Assembly: GCF_963921235.1 (NCBI RefSeq) | Contig: NC_086108.1 | Coordinates: forward strand, 101,558,001-101,622,000 | Length of the DNA stretch: 64,000 bases | Direction of reading: 5' to 3' | DNA from: Mobula hypostoma | Lineage: Eukaryota | In this document: positions 25,972 through 36,879 of the stretch, piece after piece | Numbering within the stretch: the first letter of the stretch is position 1 | Layout: each line of letters begins with the position of its first letter | Made by a program: the position numbers and the translations under genes | Notes under the pieces: generated by a model | Databases searched by the model: none | What the model was told of the DNA's origin: nothing | The model's input: the letters and a program-made list of their open reading frames with translations, nothing else

Positions 25972-26971
25972 TCAAGTCAAGTCAAGTCACTTTTTATTGT
26001 CATTTCGACCATAACTGCTGGTACAGTACACAGTAAAAATGAAACGATTTCAGGGCCATGGTGCTACAGGAACAATACAAAAACTACACTGAACTACATA
26101 AAAACAACACAAAACTACATGAGACTACAGACCTACCCAGGATTGCATAAAGTGCACAAAACAGAGCAGGCATTACAATAAATAATAAACAAGATAATAT
26201 GCACAGTAGAGGGCAGTAGGTTGGTGTCAGTCCAGGCTCTGGGCATTGAGGAGTCTGATGGCTTGGGGGAAGAAACTGTTACATAGTCTGGTCGTGAGAA
26301 CCCGAATACTTCTGTGCCTTTTGCCAGATGGCAGGAGGGAGAAAAGTTCGTATGAGGGGTGCATGGGGTCCTTCATCATGCTGTTTACAGATGCAGCGTG
26401 TGGTGTAAATGTCTGTAATGGTGGGAAGAGAGACCCCGATGATCTTCTCAGCTGATATCACTATCCGCTGCAAGGTCTTACAATCTGAGATGATGCAATT
26501 TCCGATCCAGGCAGTGATGCAGCTGCTCAGGATGCTCTCAATACAACCTCTGTAGAATATGGTGAGGATGGGGGGTGGGAGATGGACTTTTTTCAGCCTT
26601 CGCAGAAAGCAGAAACGCTGCTGGGCCTTCTTTGCTATGGAACTTGTGTTGCGGGACCAGATGACATTCTCCACCAGGTGAACACCAAGAAATTTGGTGC
26701 TCTTAACGATCTCTACGGAGGAGTTGTTGATATTCAGTGGGTCGTTCAGTGTCCTACTGAAGTCAACAGCCATCTCTTTTGTTGGCTCTGCACCAGTCCG
26801 TTAGCCGCTGCACTCCTCTGTGTATGCTGACTCATCGTTCTTGCTGATGAGACCCACCACGGTCGTGTCATCGGTGAACTTGATGATGTGGTTCGAGATG
26901 TGTGTTGCAGCACAGTCGTGGGTCAGCAGAGTGAACAGCAGTGAACTGAGCACACAGCCCTGGGGGGCCCA
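25972..26971 (-). mobile_element. Rex1/Babar fragment inserted just after the Gypsy PBS
   Basis: (caagt)n tail at 25973-25987; ORF 26279-26773 [15 protein letters not shown]...[10 protein letters not shown]. Confidence 0.85.
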
Positions 26972-28867
26972 ACAAGATTGAACAGCAACGACGTCGGATA
27001 GAGTACCCTAAGACCCAGGAAATAAGCCAAGGGATCGAGCCGTATGCTTCCCCCACACTGGGCTCATGAAGGCAGGACCCGCAATGACAACCTGGGAACG
27101 AAGCATCATGTCTTCCCAGTGAGCCCTGAGAGCAAGTGTACCCAGCCTTCCTGAACTGGGGGGACACGGCGCAGTACATCACCCGCACTGGGGAACCCAA
27201 GACGATGCAGCCGTGGGAGGGTGTCAGACGCCGCTAGACCACCAGGAAGACCAATGGGCCTCAACAATTAGTGCCACAAGGTCCTCCCTGAGGCTCCCCA
27301 GACACAACAGTACCAGCGTGGAGCCTTACCTGGCGTAAGTCAAACCTGACATAGCACAACGGGTGGAGCCCCACTGAGACGGTGTTGCACCTTACCCGGG
27401 CACTGGAGGGGGATGCCCTATGGGCCCTCCTCGACCTAACACTGCCTGAGCAGCGTGACTACAGAGCCTTTGTAGTGGCAACTTCAAGCAGAGGCCATTG
27501 GAAGAAGCAATGAAAGAAGAACTGTGCAGCCTGACGACGTTTGCAACAGATCCACCACTGTGCTTGGCACGGTTTCCCTAGATCTCTCCTGTGGCCCAGG
27601 AAGAACTTGCCCTCCACACCTTTATAAAGGTCCCGACGCCGGAGTGCCATCGACAGCACGGTCGCCTGGAAACACCATCATTGCTGGATGGGGCACTGGC
27701 CAAGGTGGAGAGGGTAGAAGCAACTTTCGCCCTCCCAAGGTGTTCCAGCATCATCCGAGACCTCCAGCACAATCCCTCTGTTGTCTCCTCTATTCAGGGG
27801 GCTGTTTGGATGAAGAGATTATACGTGGACTGCGTGGTGGAGGGCATTAGGTACCGTCCGTTGGTGGACGTGGGATCAACCATCACCATGATCCATCCGG
27901 GCATCCACCCCAACACAGACCAGCCACTCCTGCCTGGGAGGACAACAATGGCAGTCCAGCTGGCTATGGTCACCGGCGACTGTGCAGGGATGAGAGGGAA
28001 GAGGTGGCAGTGCATCGCAGTGGGGAGCACGTGGTGTAGCTAGCTGACATCCGGGAGTCCTGCATCACTGGGATGGACCCGCTGTCCCACTGGGAGCCCG
28101 TGTGGATGTGCCGGGGGCAATTCTCTACCTGAGTGCTGAAGCCGTGGCTGTCCAGTAGGGCAGCTCCAGGAAGCGGAACTAGGTGGGCTTTGCGACAACC
28201 ACCACTGGTCACCCTGGCGCAGCCCACTGTCCGCCTGTCATCAGCAACCACATCGACGTAATGTAACATCTAAACTGTCCTCCAGTGAGTCCGTCCAGGC
28301 AGTACGAGAGCTGTGGAAGCGGAGCAGTGATGGCTTGGATCAGGACCGGCGGCGGCTGAAGGACCTCCTGGACCAGCTCCACGACATCTTCACTGCCAGG
28401 GATGAGGACTGCAGGCGCATGGGGCTGCTCCAGCACCACATGAACACCAGGGACGCCCAGTCCATCCACCTGCAGCCCCATCACCTGACCTTCACTAAAC
28501 GCCAGGCAGCGCTTGAAGAGATGGCAGCAACTGGCATCATCGAGCCCTCCAATAGCCTGTGGGCAGCTCCAGCAGTGTTGGTCAGGAAGAAAGACGGATC
28601 ATGGCGGTTCTGTGGCCCAGAAGGACTCCGAACCACTGCCCTGAACTGATGATGCCCCGGACTACTTCATGGGTTCGACCTGGTTCGGCTCTCTCAATTT
28701 GCACTGTGGCAACTGGCAGGCCGAACTGACCCCAGAGGCCCTGCCCAAGACTGCCTTCACTATTCCACACAGTCACTGTATCATCTATTTGGACAGCTTC
28801 CTTGTGTACACCGCTGTTTTCAATGATGCCTTGTGGATCCTGGAAGAGGTCTTTGTCACCATCCGCC

Positions 28868-29411
28868 TGTCACAATGGGGGAGTGCTGGGAGCAAGGGTG
28901 GACCCAAATGCAAGACACATCTTGTGAGGTTAACGTAAGTGAATTTATTGCTCGATACAAGGAGAACAAAGCAGAAGCAGGAATAGCGTACCGGACAAGG
29001 ACTCAGGCCTTGGACTAGGCTGGGACTAAGGGTCTGGGCTAGGACTGGGAATCACCGACCGCCAGGACCAGGACTTGGTACTTGGATGCCGCCAGGACCA
29101 GGACTTGGTTCTTGGATGCTTCCGGAGCCGGCAAGCTCTAGACTCGGCCCGGGAACAGTAGACAGCGGCTCTTGATTCCCTCCGGCGGGTTAACTGACGG
29201 ACCCGCCTCGGCGAGGAAACTTTTGCAGGCTCGCTTTGGCGAGGTAACTTGACAGGGTTGCTCTGGTGAGGAAAGGCGACTGACTGGCACTTGCTCCGGC
29301 CAGATGACATTGGCTCGCAGTACCTTTGGTGACTTTGCAAACGCTCTCGCGCCGAACGGCAGAATGCCGGAGACTATAAACTGCCGGTTCAGCTGAGAGT
29401 AAATTCGGCAG
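28868..29411 (-). mobile_element. Truncated solo-LTR-like insert related to 44338-45331 and 57462-58582
   Basis: Reverse complement ends cttgcatttgggtcc...cccattgtgaca; internal 30-bp tandem duplication about 29059-29119. Confidence 0.7.
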
Positions 29412-30988
29412 CCCCCACCCCCGCATTTCTAATGACCAGCAATATTTATTGCTCTTGAGTTAAAATGCTTTCATGGGATTATGGTGAGAAGTTCAAGTTC
29501 ATTTATTGTTACATTTTAGCTTGGGTTATACAGTGATTGACTTGTGTATTTGTGGGTCACCCTAACTGTAAGCAGGGTGTGTGATGGTCACCTCCTTGTC
29601 TGTATGAAACTGAGCTGTTCTCTTTCCGAGTTATGACGCTCAGTCTATTTTGGTGTTTATCACAATAAAACACTTGTTGAGTTTAATGAGCTTCCTTGCC
29701 TGTCATTATGGACCAAATACTTGCTACAATAATTTAAGTATCTCTGCTAGGGCCCCAGCAATTTCTACACTAGACCCCACAGGGTCTAAGGGAACACTTT
29801 GTCAGGCCTTGGGGATTTATCCACCCTAATTTTCCTCAAGACAGCCAACACTGCCTTCTCTGAAATCTTCACGGGTCTATGAGCTCATAGCTGCTTTGCC
29901 TTATTTCTGTAGACTCCGTATCCATCACCCGAGTAAATGCAGATGGGAAAAATCTATTTCAGGTCTCCCTCATCTCTTTCAGCTCCATGTGTAGGTTATC
30001 ACTCTGATCTTCCAGAGGACCAGATTTGTCCCTTGCTATCCTTTTGTTATAACTGTATCTTTAAAAGACCTTAGGATTCTCCTTCACCTTACCTGCTAGA
30101 GCAACCTCATGCCTTTTCTTAGCCTTCCTGATTTCCTTCTTAAGTGTTCTCTTACATTTCTTATAGTACTCAAGTCTCTCATTTGTTTCTGCTTGCATAT
30201 AATCTGCTATGCAGCTCCTTCTTTTTCTTTTCCAGAGCCTCAATATCTCTCAGGAACCAAGGTGCCCGAAACATGTTATCCTTGCCTTTCATTCTGAAAT
30301 GATCATACAAACTCTGTACTCTCAAAATTTCATTTTTGAAGGCCTCCTACTTACCAAGTACAGTTTTGCCAGAAAACAAGCTGTACCCAATCCTCACTTG
30401 CCAGGTTCTTTCTGATACCATCAAAATTGACCTTTCTCCAATTTAGAATCTCATCCCAAGGACCAGAGCTATCCATTTCCATAATTACCTTGAATCTAAT
30501 AGCATTATGATCACTAAATGCTAAGTGCTCCCAGACACAAAGTTCTGTCACATTGCCCTGTCTCATTCCTTAACAGAACATCTAGTATCGCACTTTCTCT
30601 AGTTGGGACTTCTGTGTACTGGTTAAGGAAGCTTTCCTGAACACATCTGACAGACTTTGGTAGCTAATGCCACTGATTTCTCTCAAGAATCCCCACCTTA
30701 ATCCATGGGATTTCAGATCATACTCCTGGCCATACCTGGTGTAAAACTGAGAGATAGTACCTCAGCGTAATGTTGTGAGATCCCACCAAGACAGAACCCC
30801 AACGCTGGACTCCATACAGTATACAGAGTGAAGGGAAAATTGACAGATTTGGCTTTTTGAATTCAGCAGTAAATCCCCAGACATTAGGTATGTTTACAAG
30901 GGCCACCAAAATTTCTTCAGTCATGATAAATGAGAATAAACAACCTGGCCAATTAGTTGAGAAAACAGCTGCTGGTCGCTCTACTTAC

Positions 30989-31154
30989 ATTTGGTAATCC
31001 CTGTAGGTACATTATTGAAGATGATGATGGCTGATTTTTCTCTGGGAAAAATCTACATTCCTTATTTGGTAATCCTGTACTTTGATCAATGGTACATGTT
31101 GAACAGGATCTGCCTTTGCACTCAGCAATTGTTCCTTTTATGCTGAGTGAACAT
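30989..31154 (-). CDS. CLCA: CLCA coding exon 5 (Cys-rich segment)
   Basis: RCSLSIKGTIAECKGRSCSTCTIDQSTGLPNKECRFFPEKNQPSSSSIMYLQGLPN; 166 nt; donor GTAAGT. Confidence 0.95.
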
Positions 31155-31904
31155 CTGAAAGTCATAATAATACTAAGCATAAAAGTGCATGGGTTTACAT
31201 ATTTCTGTAGATTTGACAATTTCTTCGGAAAATATAAGAGATAGCCAGTTTATAGGTCTCCTCATTTCCAGCCTATTCTTCCATTGGAACTCCCAGCCCA
31301 CACTTAAACCCTCCAAATATTTGACACCTTTTTTATTAGCTGGGATGAAATTTGCCCCATTGTTAGCAGTTGTTGCTACTAATCATTCCTGTTCATGATT
31401 TCTGAAAACTACAATCAAGCCATTCAATTTAATGTCTTCATCTTTTCAACAAATCTACATTAGCAGGCTGCACATACACTAAACTGAGGACATGACTGTC
31501 TTTTCAGTCTGTTTACCTGGATAAGAGAACCCATGGCATAGCTGAGAAGAAAAGCAGGGGCATTCTCTTTTATGACCTGATGACCTTGTGTGCTTTATAC
31601 AACATAACTTAAAACAGATGAAAACATCATTATCAAATTGCTGTTTGTGAGAGAAGATTTGTGCAACATTGGCTGCTATATTCCTTACATTACAACACTG
31701 TATGCAAAAATGTATACTATGGGTTGTAAAGCAGTTTGGGACATTCTAAGATTGGGCAAGTTAAAACTTGGAATAGTAATCCAGGCCCGTTGGGCCACAA
31801 TGTTATGCCAACCTTTTCACCTTCTCTAAGATCAATCTAATCCTTCTCTCCTACTTAGCCTTCCATTTTCCTTTCATCTATGTGCCTGTCTAAGAGACTC
31901 TTGA

Positions 31905-32965
31905 ATAGAAACATAGAAAACCTACAGTGCTATACAGGCCCTTCGGCTGTGCCGAACATGTCTTTACTTTAGAAATTACCCAGGGTTACCCATAGCCCTC
32001 TATTTTTCTAAGCTCCATGTACTTATCCAGGAGTCTCTTAAATGTATCTGCCTCCACCACCCGTGGCAGCGTGTACCATGCACTGACAGCTCTGTGTAAA
32101 AAACCTATCTCTGACATATCCCCTATACCTTCCTCCAATCACGGTAAAATTATGCCCACTTATAACAGTCAATTTCACACTGAAAATAAAAAGCTCTGGC
32201 TGTCCACTCTATCGATGCCTCTTATTTTCTTACACACCTCTATCAAGTCACCTCCCATTCTCCTTTCCTCATAAGACATGTTCTCTAATCCAGGCAGTAT
32301 CCTAGTAAATCTCCATTCCATCCTCTCTAAAGCTTCCACATCCTTCCTCTAATGACGTGATCAAAACTGAACACAATGCTCCAAGTGTGGTCTAACTGAA
32401 GCTTTATAGAGCTGCAATATTACCTCACAGTTCTTGAACCCAGGCCCCCAACTAACAAAGGTCAACATACCATACACCTTCTTAACCACCTATCAATTTG
32501 AGCACCAACCTTGAGGGATCTATGGATTTGGACCTGAAGATCCCTCTGTTATTCCGCACTGCTAACAATCCTCCTACTAACTTTGTACTGTGGCATCAAG
32601 TTCGACTTTCAAAAGCCCATCACTGTACTTTTTGGTATAGAGCTCTATCTGGTACTTCTCAGCCCATCTCTCTAACCCGTCAACATTCTTTTGTGATCTA
32701 CAACACACTTTGGCATTATCCACAACATAACCAACCTTCATGTCATCTGCAAACTTACTTACCCACCTTTCCACTTCCTCATCCAAGCCATTTATAAAAA
32801 TCACAAAGAGCGGGGATTCCAGAACAGATCACTGCAGAACATCAGTGGTCACCGACCTCCAGGCAGAATGCGTTCCATCACCTACTATCCCCTGCCTTCT
32901 GTGAGCTAGCCAATTCTGATTCCATGCAGCCAAGTTTCCCTGTATCCGATGCTTCTTTGCTTGCA
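31905..32965 (-). mobile_element. Decayed CR1 3' fragments
   Basis: atagaaacatagaaa tail; WVSKFADD remnant in ORF 32577-32804. Confidence 0.8.
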
Positions 32966-33093
32966 TGTCTGTCCTTAAAAAACTTGCATTTCTACAGAAA
33001 GTTGCTATGGGTTTGCAAGCTTTTTTCCTTTTCATGTACCATAACTTGAGAAGAGATATCCCCATGACCAAATACAAGTTAGATTTGACGTAC

Positions 33094-33202
33094 CTTGTTG
33101 CTTCAGAGGTTCCATTGTTGGAGTTGTAAAATGGAATCAAGTCATTGTGTTCATTAAACACACCCCAGCGGAAACGGGCCCATTCATGAACAAATACTCT
33201 CC
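33094..33202 (-). CDS. CLCA: CLCA coding exon 4 (metalloprotease motif exon, variant HEWAR)
   Basis: GRVFVHEWARFRWGVFNEHNDLIPFYNSNNGTSEAT; 109 nt; ttctAG / GTACG. Confidence 0.96.
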
Positions 33203-33869
33203 CTAGAAAAACACAATTTTTAAAAATAATTTAGTCAGTGCTTTGACATTCTGTGTGTTAGAAACAGTAATATTCTGCCAGTTTCAATTTTGCCATAACT
33301 TACTTGTAAAGGCAAGATGCTTTTGATAGAATAAAAAGTTATTTTTCTGCCATCATAAAAATAAATAGGCAGTTATTTTGCCCAAAGGTTGAATCATCAA
33401 ATGTGAGCTGTATTCATAGGATAAGAGAGCTTCAGCGGGAACTGATCAAGCATCCACAATTTGCCCATCAAAATATGGATATTTCAAGCTCGGATTGTTT
33501 GATAATCTAAATTTGAAATATCTTTTGATGGGCACTTTCACCATTCTTGCTGGCAAATTTCCCTCAAGCACTTGAAATCCCGTGCTGGTGACATTTTCAA
33601 ATGGATGTTTAAATCAATTGAAAATCCTCTCATTCCCATGTAATTCTGCAGTGAAATGTGGTTTTAATTGAGAACTTGCCACAGCTAATGACAGCAACAA
33701 CTTTGGTTATTCATTTAGCCAGCAAGCATCCACACCAGGTTGTCAGTACCCACATCCTGTCATGCTGCTGTAAGCAGATTTTTCCATTGTACCTGTTACT
33801 ATACTAATACAGATACAATAAACTTGACTGAACTTGACTTGACTGAAGGGAAATCAAAAGCTATATATT

Positions 33870-34695
33870 CCTCCCCTACCCCCACCTTCTTATTTTGAAT
33901 TCTCATCTTTTTTCTCCAGTCCTGAAGAAGGATCTCAGCCCGAAACATCAATTGTTTACTTTTTTCCACGGATGCTCCCTGGCCTGCTGAGTTCCTCCAG
34001 CATTTCATGTGTGTTGCTTGGATATCCTGCATCTGCAGATTTTCTCATGTTTGTAATAATACTACCAGTACTGCGAAGCCTACCCCAAAGAAGTTTAATC
34101 TGCCTCTGACTCTGACCTTGTGCTCACCCAGACCTGCTAACGCAGCCACATATCCTCACTGGGAATTTGTCCTATCAGATTCTCACTTCTCCAGCCTTTT
34201 ATCTCTTTCACCAATCAACCTCCCAGCTTTTTACTTTGCCCCCTCCACCACTCCTGGTTTCACCTATCACCTACCACCTTGTACTTCTTCCTCCCCTCCT
34301 CCCACCTTCTAACTCTGACTTCTCCTCTCCCTTTCCAGTCCTGATGAAGGGCCTCGGTTCAAAACGCCAACTGCTTACTCTTTCCATTGATGCTGCCTGG
34401 CCTGCTGAACCCCTCCAAGATCTTGTATGTGTTGCTGCCAATAGCAGGTTGCAAGTGTGAAGGATTTAAAGTAATTAAAGTTAATAAATGAAAATGTTCA
34501 TATATTACTCATTGGCTCATGGCCCATAATTACTCCTACGACATTTTACTAAAAGCTTAAACACAAGAGATTCTGCAGATGCTGGAAATACGGAATAACG
34601 CACACAAAATGCTGGAGGAACTCAGCAGGCCAGGCAGTATCTATGGAAATGAATAAACAGTTGATGTTTCAGACCGAGACCTTTCTTCAGAACTC
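33870..34695. repeat. Penelope-derived repeats in both orientations with hammerhead-like motifs
   Basis: cagtcctgaagaaggatctcagcccgaaac (33917), cagtcctgatgaagggcctcgg (34336) and a reverse copy at 34658-34694. Confidence 0.65.
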
Positions 34696-35404
34696 AATCA
34701 TATTGTCATAGTGAAAGAGATATTGGCAAGTCTCGACAGGTGGAAAATCCTTCGTGCCTGACCAGGTGTGTACTGTTTCATTCTGGGAAGCAAGATAAAA
34801 ATTACTGAGGCACTGGCAGAGATCAGCGAAGGAGGTGAAGGGCTGACGTTAGAGAGGTATAAACCACTTCAAACCATGGATTGAATACATAATCAAAGTC
34901 TCTTTCCACGTGTAGAGAAGTCTAAAACTTGAGGGCATAAGTTTGATTTATTGAGGACATGAAGGACAGGTCCTCAAGGTCTGGTGGGTGTATGGAACAA
35001 GCAGCCAGAGGAGGTTGTGGAGGCAAGTAAAATTACACAATTTAAAAGACATTTGAACCGGTTCATGGATTGGAGAAATTAAGAGGAGTATAGGCTAAAT
35101 GCTTAGACTAATTGTCACATTGGGCCAAAGGACCTGTTGCTGTGCTATATGATTCGATAAAAACTTTAAATAATCATGTGCTGTGCTGAATATCTTTGTT
35201 ATTCAGAAATATACTGTTAATTTCTAGACCTCATAAAGCTTAGTGTGACAATCAAGCCTGACTTTCAGTTGGGATTGTCAATGGGCTTCAGCAATCATAT
35301 CATTAATTGATGGAAGATACCTCAGGCACCTGTTCTTATGTCCTTGGGTAATTCAGTTTTCAAAATACATGCTAATTAATGTAGGCTTATTTAAATTATT
35401 TTAC

Positions 35405-35555
35405 CTTTTGAACCATAAACTGAGGTCATTTCATCATTTAGCATGAAGTTCGGGGTGAAGTGAATGTACCGCCCCTTCTCACCACATCCACCATACTGCA
35501 GGGTGTACGGGGCATCTCCATATTTAAGGTATGGCTCAGCAATGATCACATTCGC
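35405..35555 (-). CDS. CLCA: CLCA coding exon 3
   Basis: ANVIIAEPYLKYGDAPYTLQYGGCGEKGRYIHFTPNFML...YGSK; 151 nt; AG/GT flanks. Confidence 0.96.
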
Positions 35556-36011
35556 CTATGAAAAAGAAATTGCATGTTTCCATATAATAATCCCTGCACA
35601 TGAAAAGAAATGAATGGCCACATCAAAACTGTACATATGCTAAGTCCAAGGCCTTAGTACCAGAGTGCCTACAGTTTCAGAATAGCTTATATTCTTCTCT
35701 TTCCCTTCATCTCTGATTTTCTCTTCTTTACCACCCTCATCCACCTCCACCTCTTAAAATTTCTGGATCCTTAACAGGTTCCAATATAGTGATAGACACA
35801 TTTCTTCTCCTTCACTGCACTTGAGGGCCTTCAGCTTATTTACCCATGCTTTCCCATGCTAGGTGGTCCTGTGCCTAGCATCATTTCATGTACATACATT
35901 CAATCTATGTGTGTAAGATGTCTTATTATATATTTATATTTATTATATTCTTTATCTTATTGTGTTTCTTGCTCTGCTTCAGATCTGATGTTACAAATAT
36001 TTCATTCTCAT

Positions 36012-36670
36012 TTAGACCATAAGGCCATAAGACATAGGAGCAGAATTAGGGTATTTGGCCCATCGAGTCTGCTCTGCCACTCAATCATGGTTGATCCTTT
36101 ATTCTTCTCCTCTTCAACCATATTTCCCAGCATTCTCCCATAACCTTTGATGCCATGTCCAATCAATAACCTATCAATCTCTGCCTTAAGTACACCCAAT
36201 GATCTGACTTCCACAGCTGCACGTGGCAACAAATTCCACAAATTCACTACCCTCTGGCTGAAGAAATTTCTCTGCATCTCTGTTTTGAATGGACGCCTCT
36301 CTATCCTGAGGCTGCGCCCTCTTGTCCTAGACTCCCCAGCCATCGGAAACATCATTTCCACATCTACTCTGTCTAGCCCTTTCAACATTCAAAAGGTTTC
36401 ACTGAGTTTCCCCCCCCCACTCATCCTTCTAAATTCCAGTGAGTACAGACCCAAAGCCATCAAACATTCCTTGTATGATAACCCTTTCATTCCTGGAATC
36501 ATCCTTGTGAACCTCCTCTGGACCCACTCTAACGCCAGCACACCTTTTCTGAGATGAGGAGCCCTAAAACTGTTCACAATACTCAAGGTGAGGCCTCACC
36601 AGTGTCTTATAAAGCCTCAGCATTACATTCCTGGTCTTGTATTCTAGACCTCTTGAAATGAATGTTAACA
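36012..36670 (-). mobile_element. CR1 3' fragment
   Basis: ORFs 36008-36388 and 36389-36586 (RTRGRSLR, NFFSQRVVNLWN). Confidence 0.85.
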
Positions 36671-36879
36671 CTTGTGTAATGGATATACCGTTACTTGGCC
36701 CGAAACATTCACTGTTTACTCTTTTTATAGATGCTGCCTGGCCTGCTGAGTTCCTCCAGCATTCTGGGTATGTTACTGAATCAATTTTGAATCTTTCAGA
36801 GTCTTTCTCCTAGTTGCCAGATACCAAAATGCTCCTGATCCTTTTGCAGTGTTCTATTAAAGGACTAACTCTTACTTAA

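Larger units (their letters stand above)
25619..29728 (+). mobile_element. Decayed Gypsy/Ty3 LTR retrotransposon
   Basis: 5' LTR TG..CA at 25619-25951; PBS-like tgatgtcaggagtgggat 25953-25970 (tRNA-Leu type); protease LVDVGS; RT SLWAAPAVLVRKKDGSWRFC, KTAFT, IYLDS; partial 3' LTR about 29412-29728; flanks ATAT/ATAA. Confidence 0.88.
24500..30660 (-). mobile_element. Decayed CR1 fragments hosting the Gypsy insertion (CR1 parts about 24500-25618 and 29729-30660)
   Basis: RT C-terminal ORFs 24504-24866 and 24924-25193; linker/APE remnants 30061-30566; host sequence is continuous across the LTR element. Confidence 0.75.
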
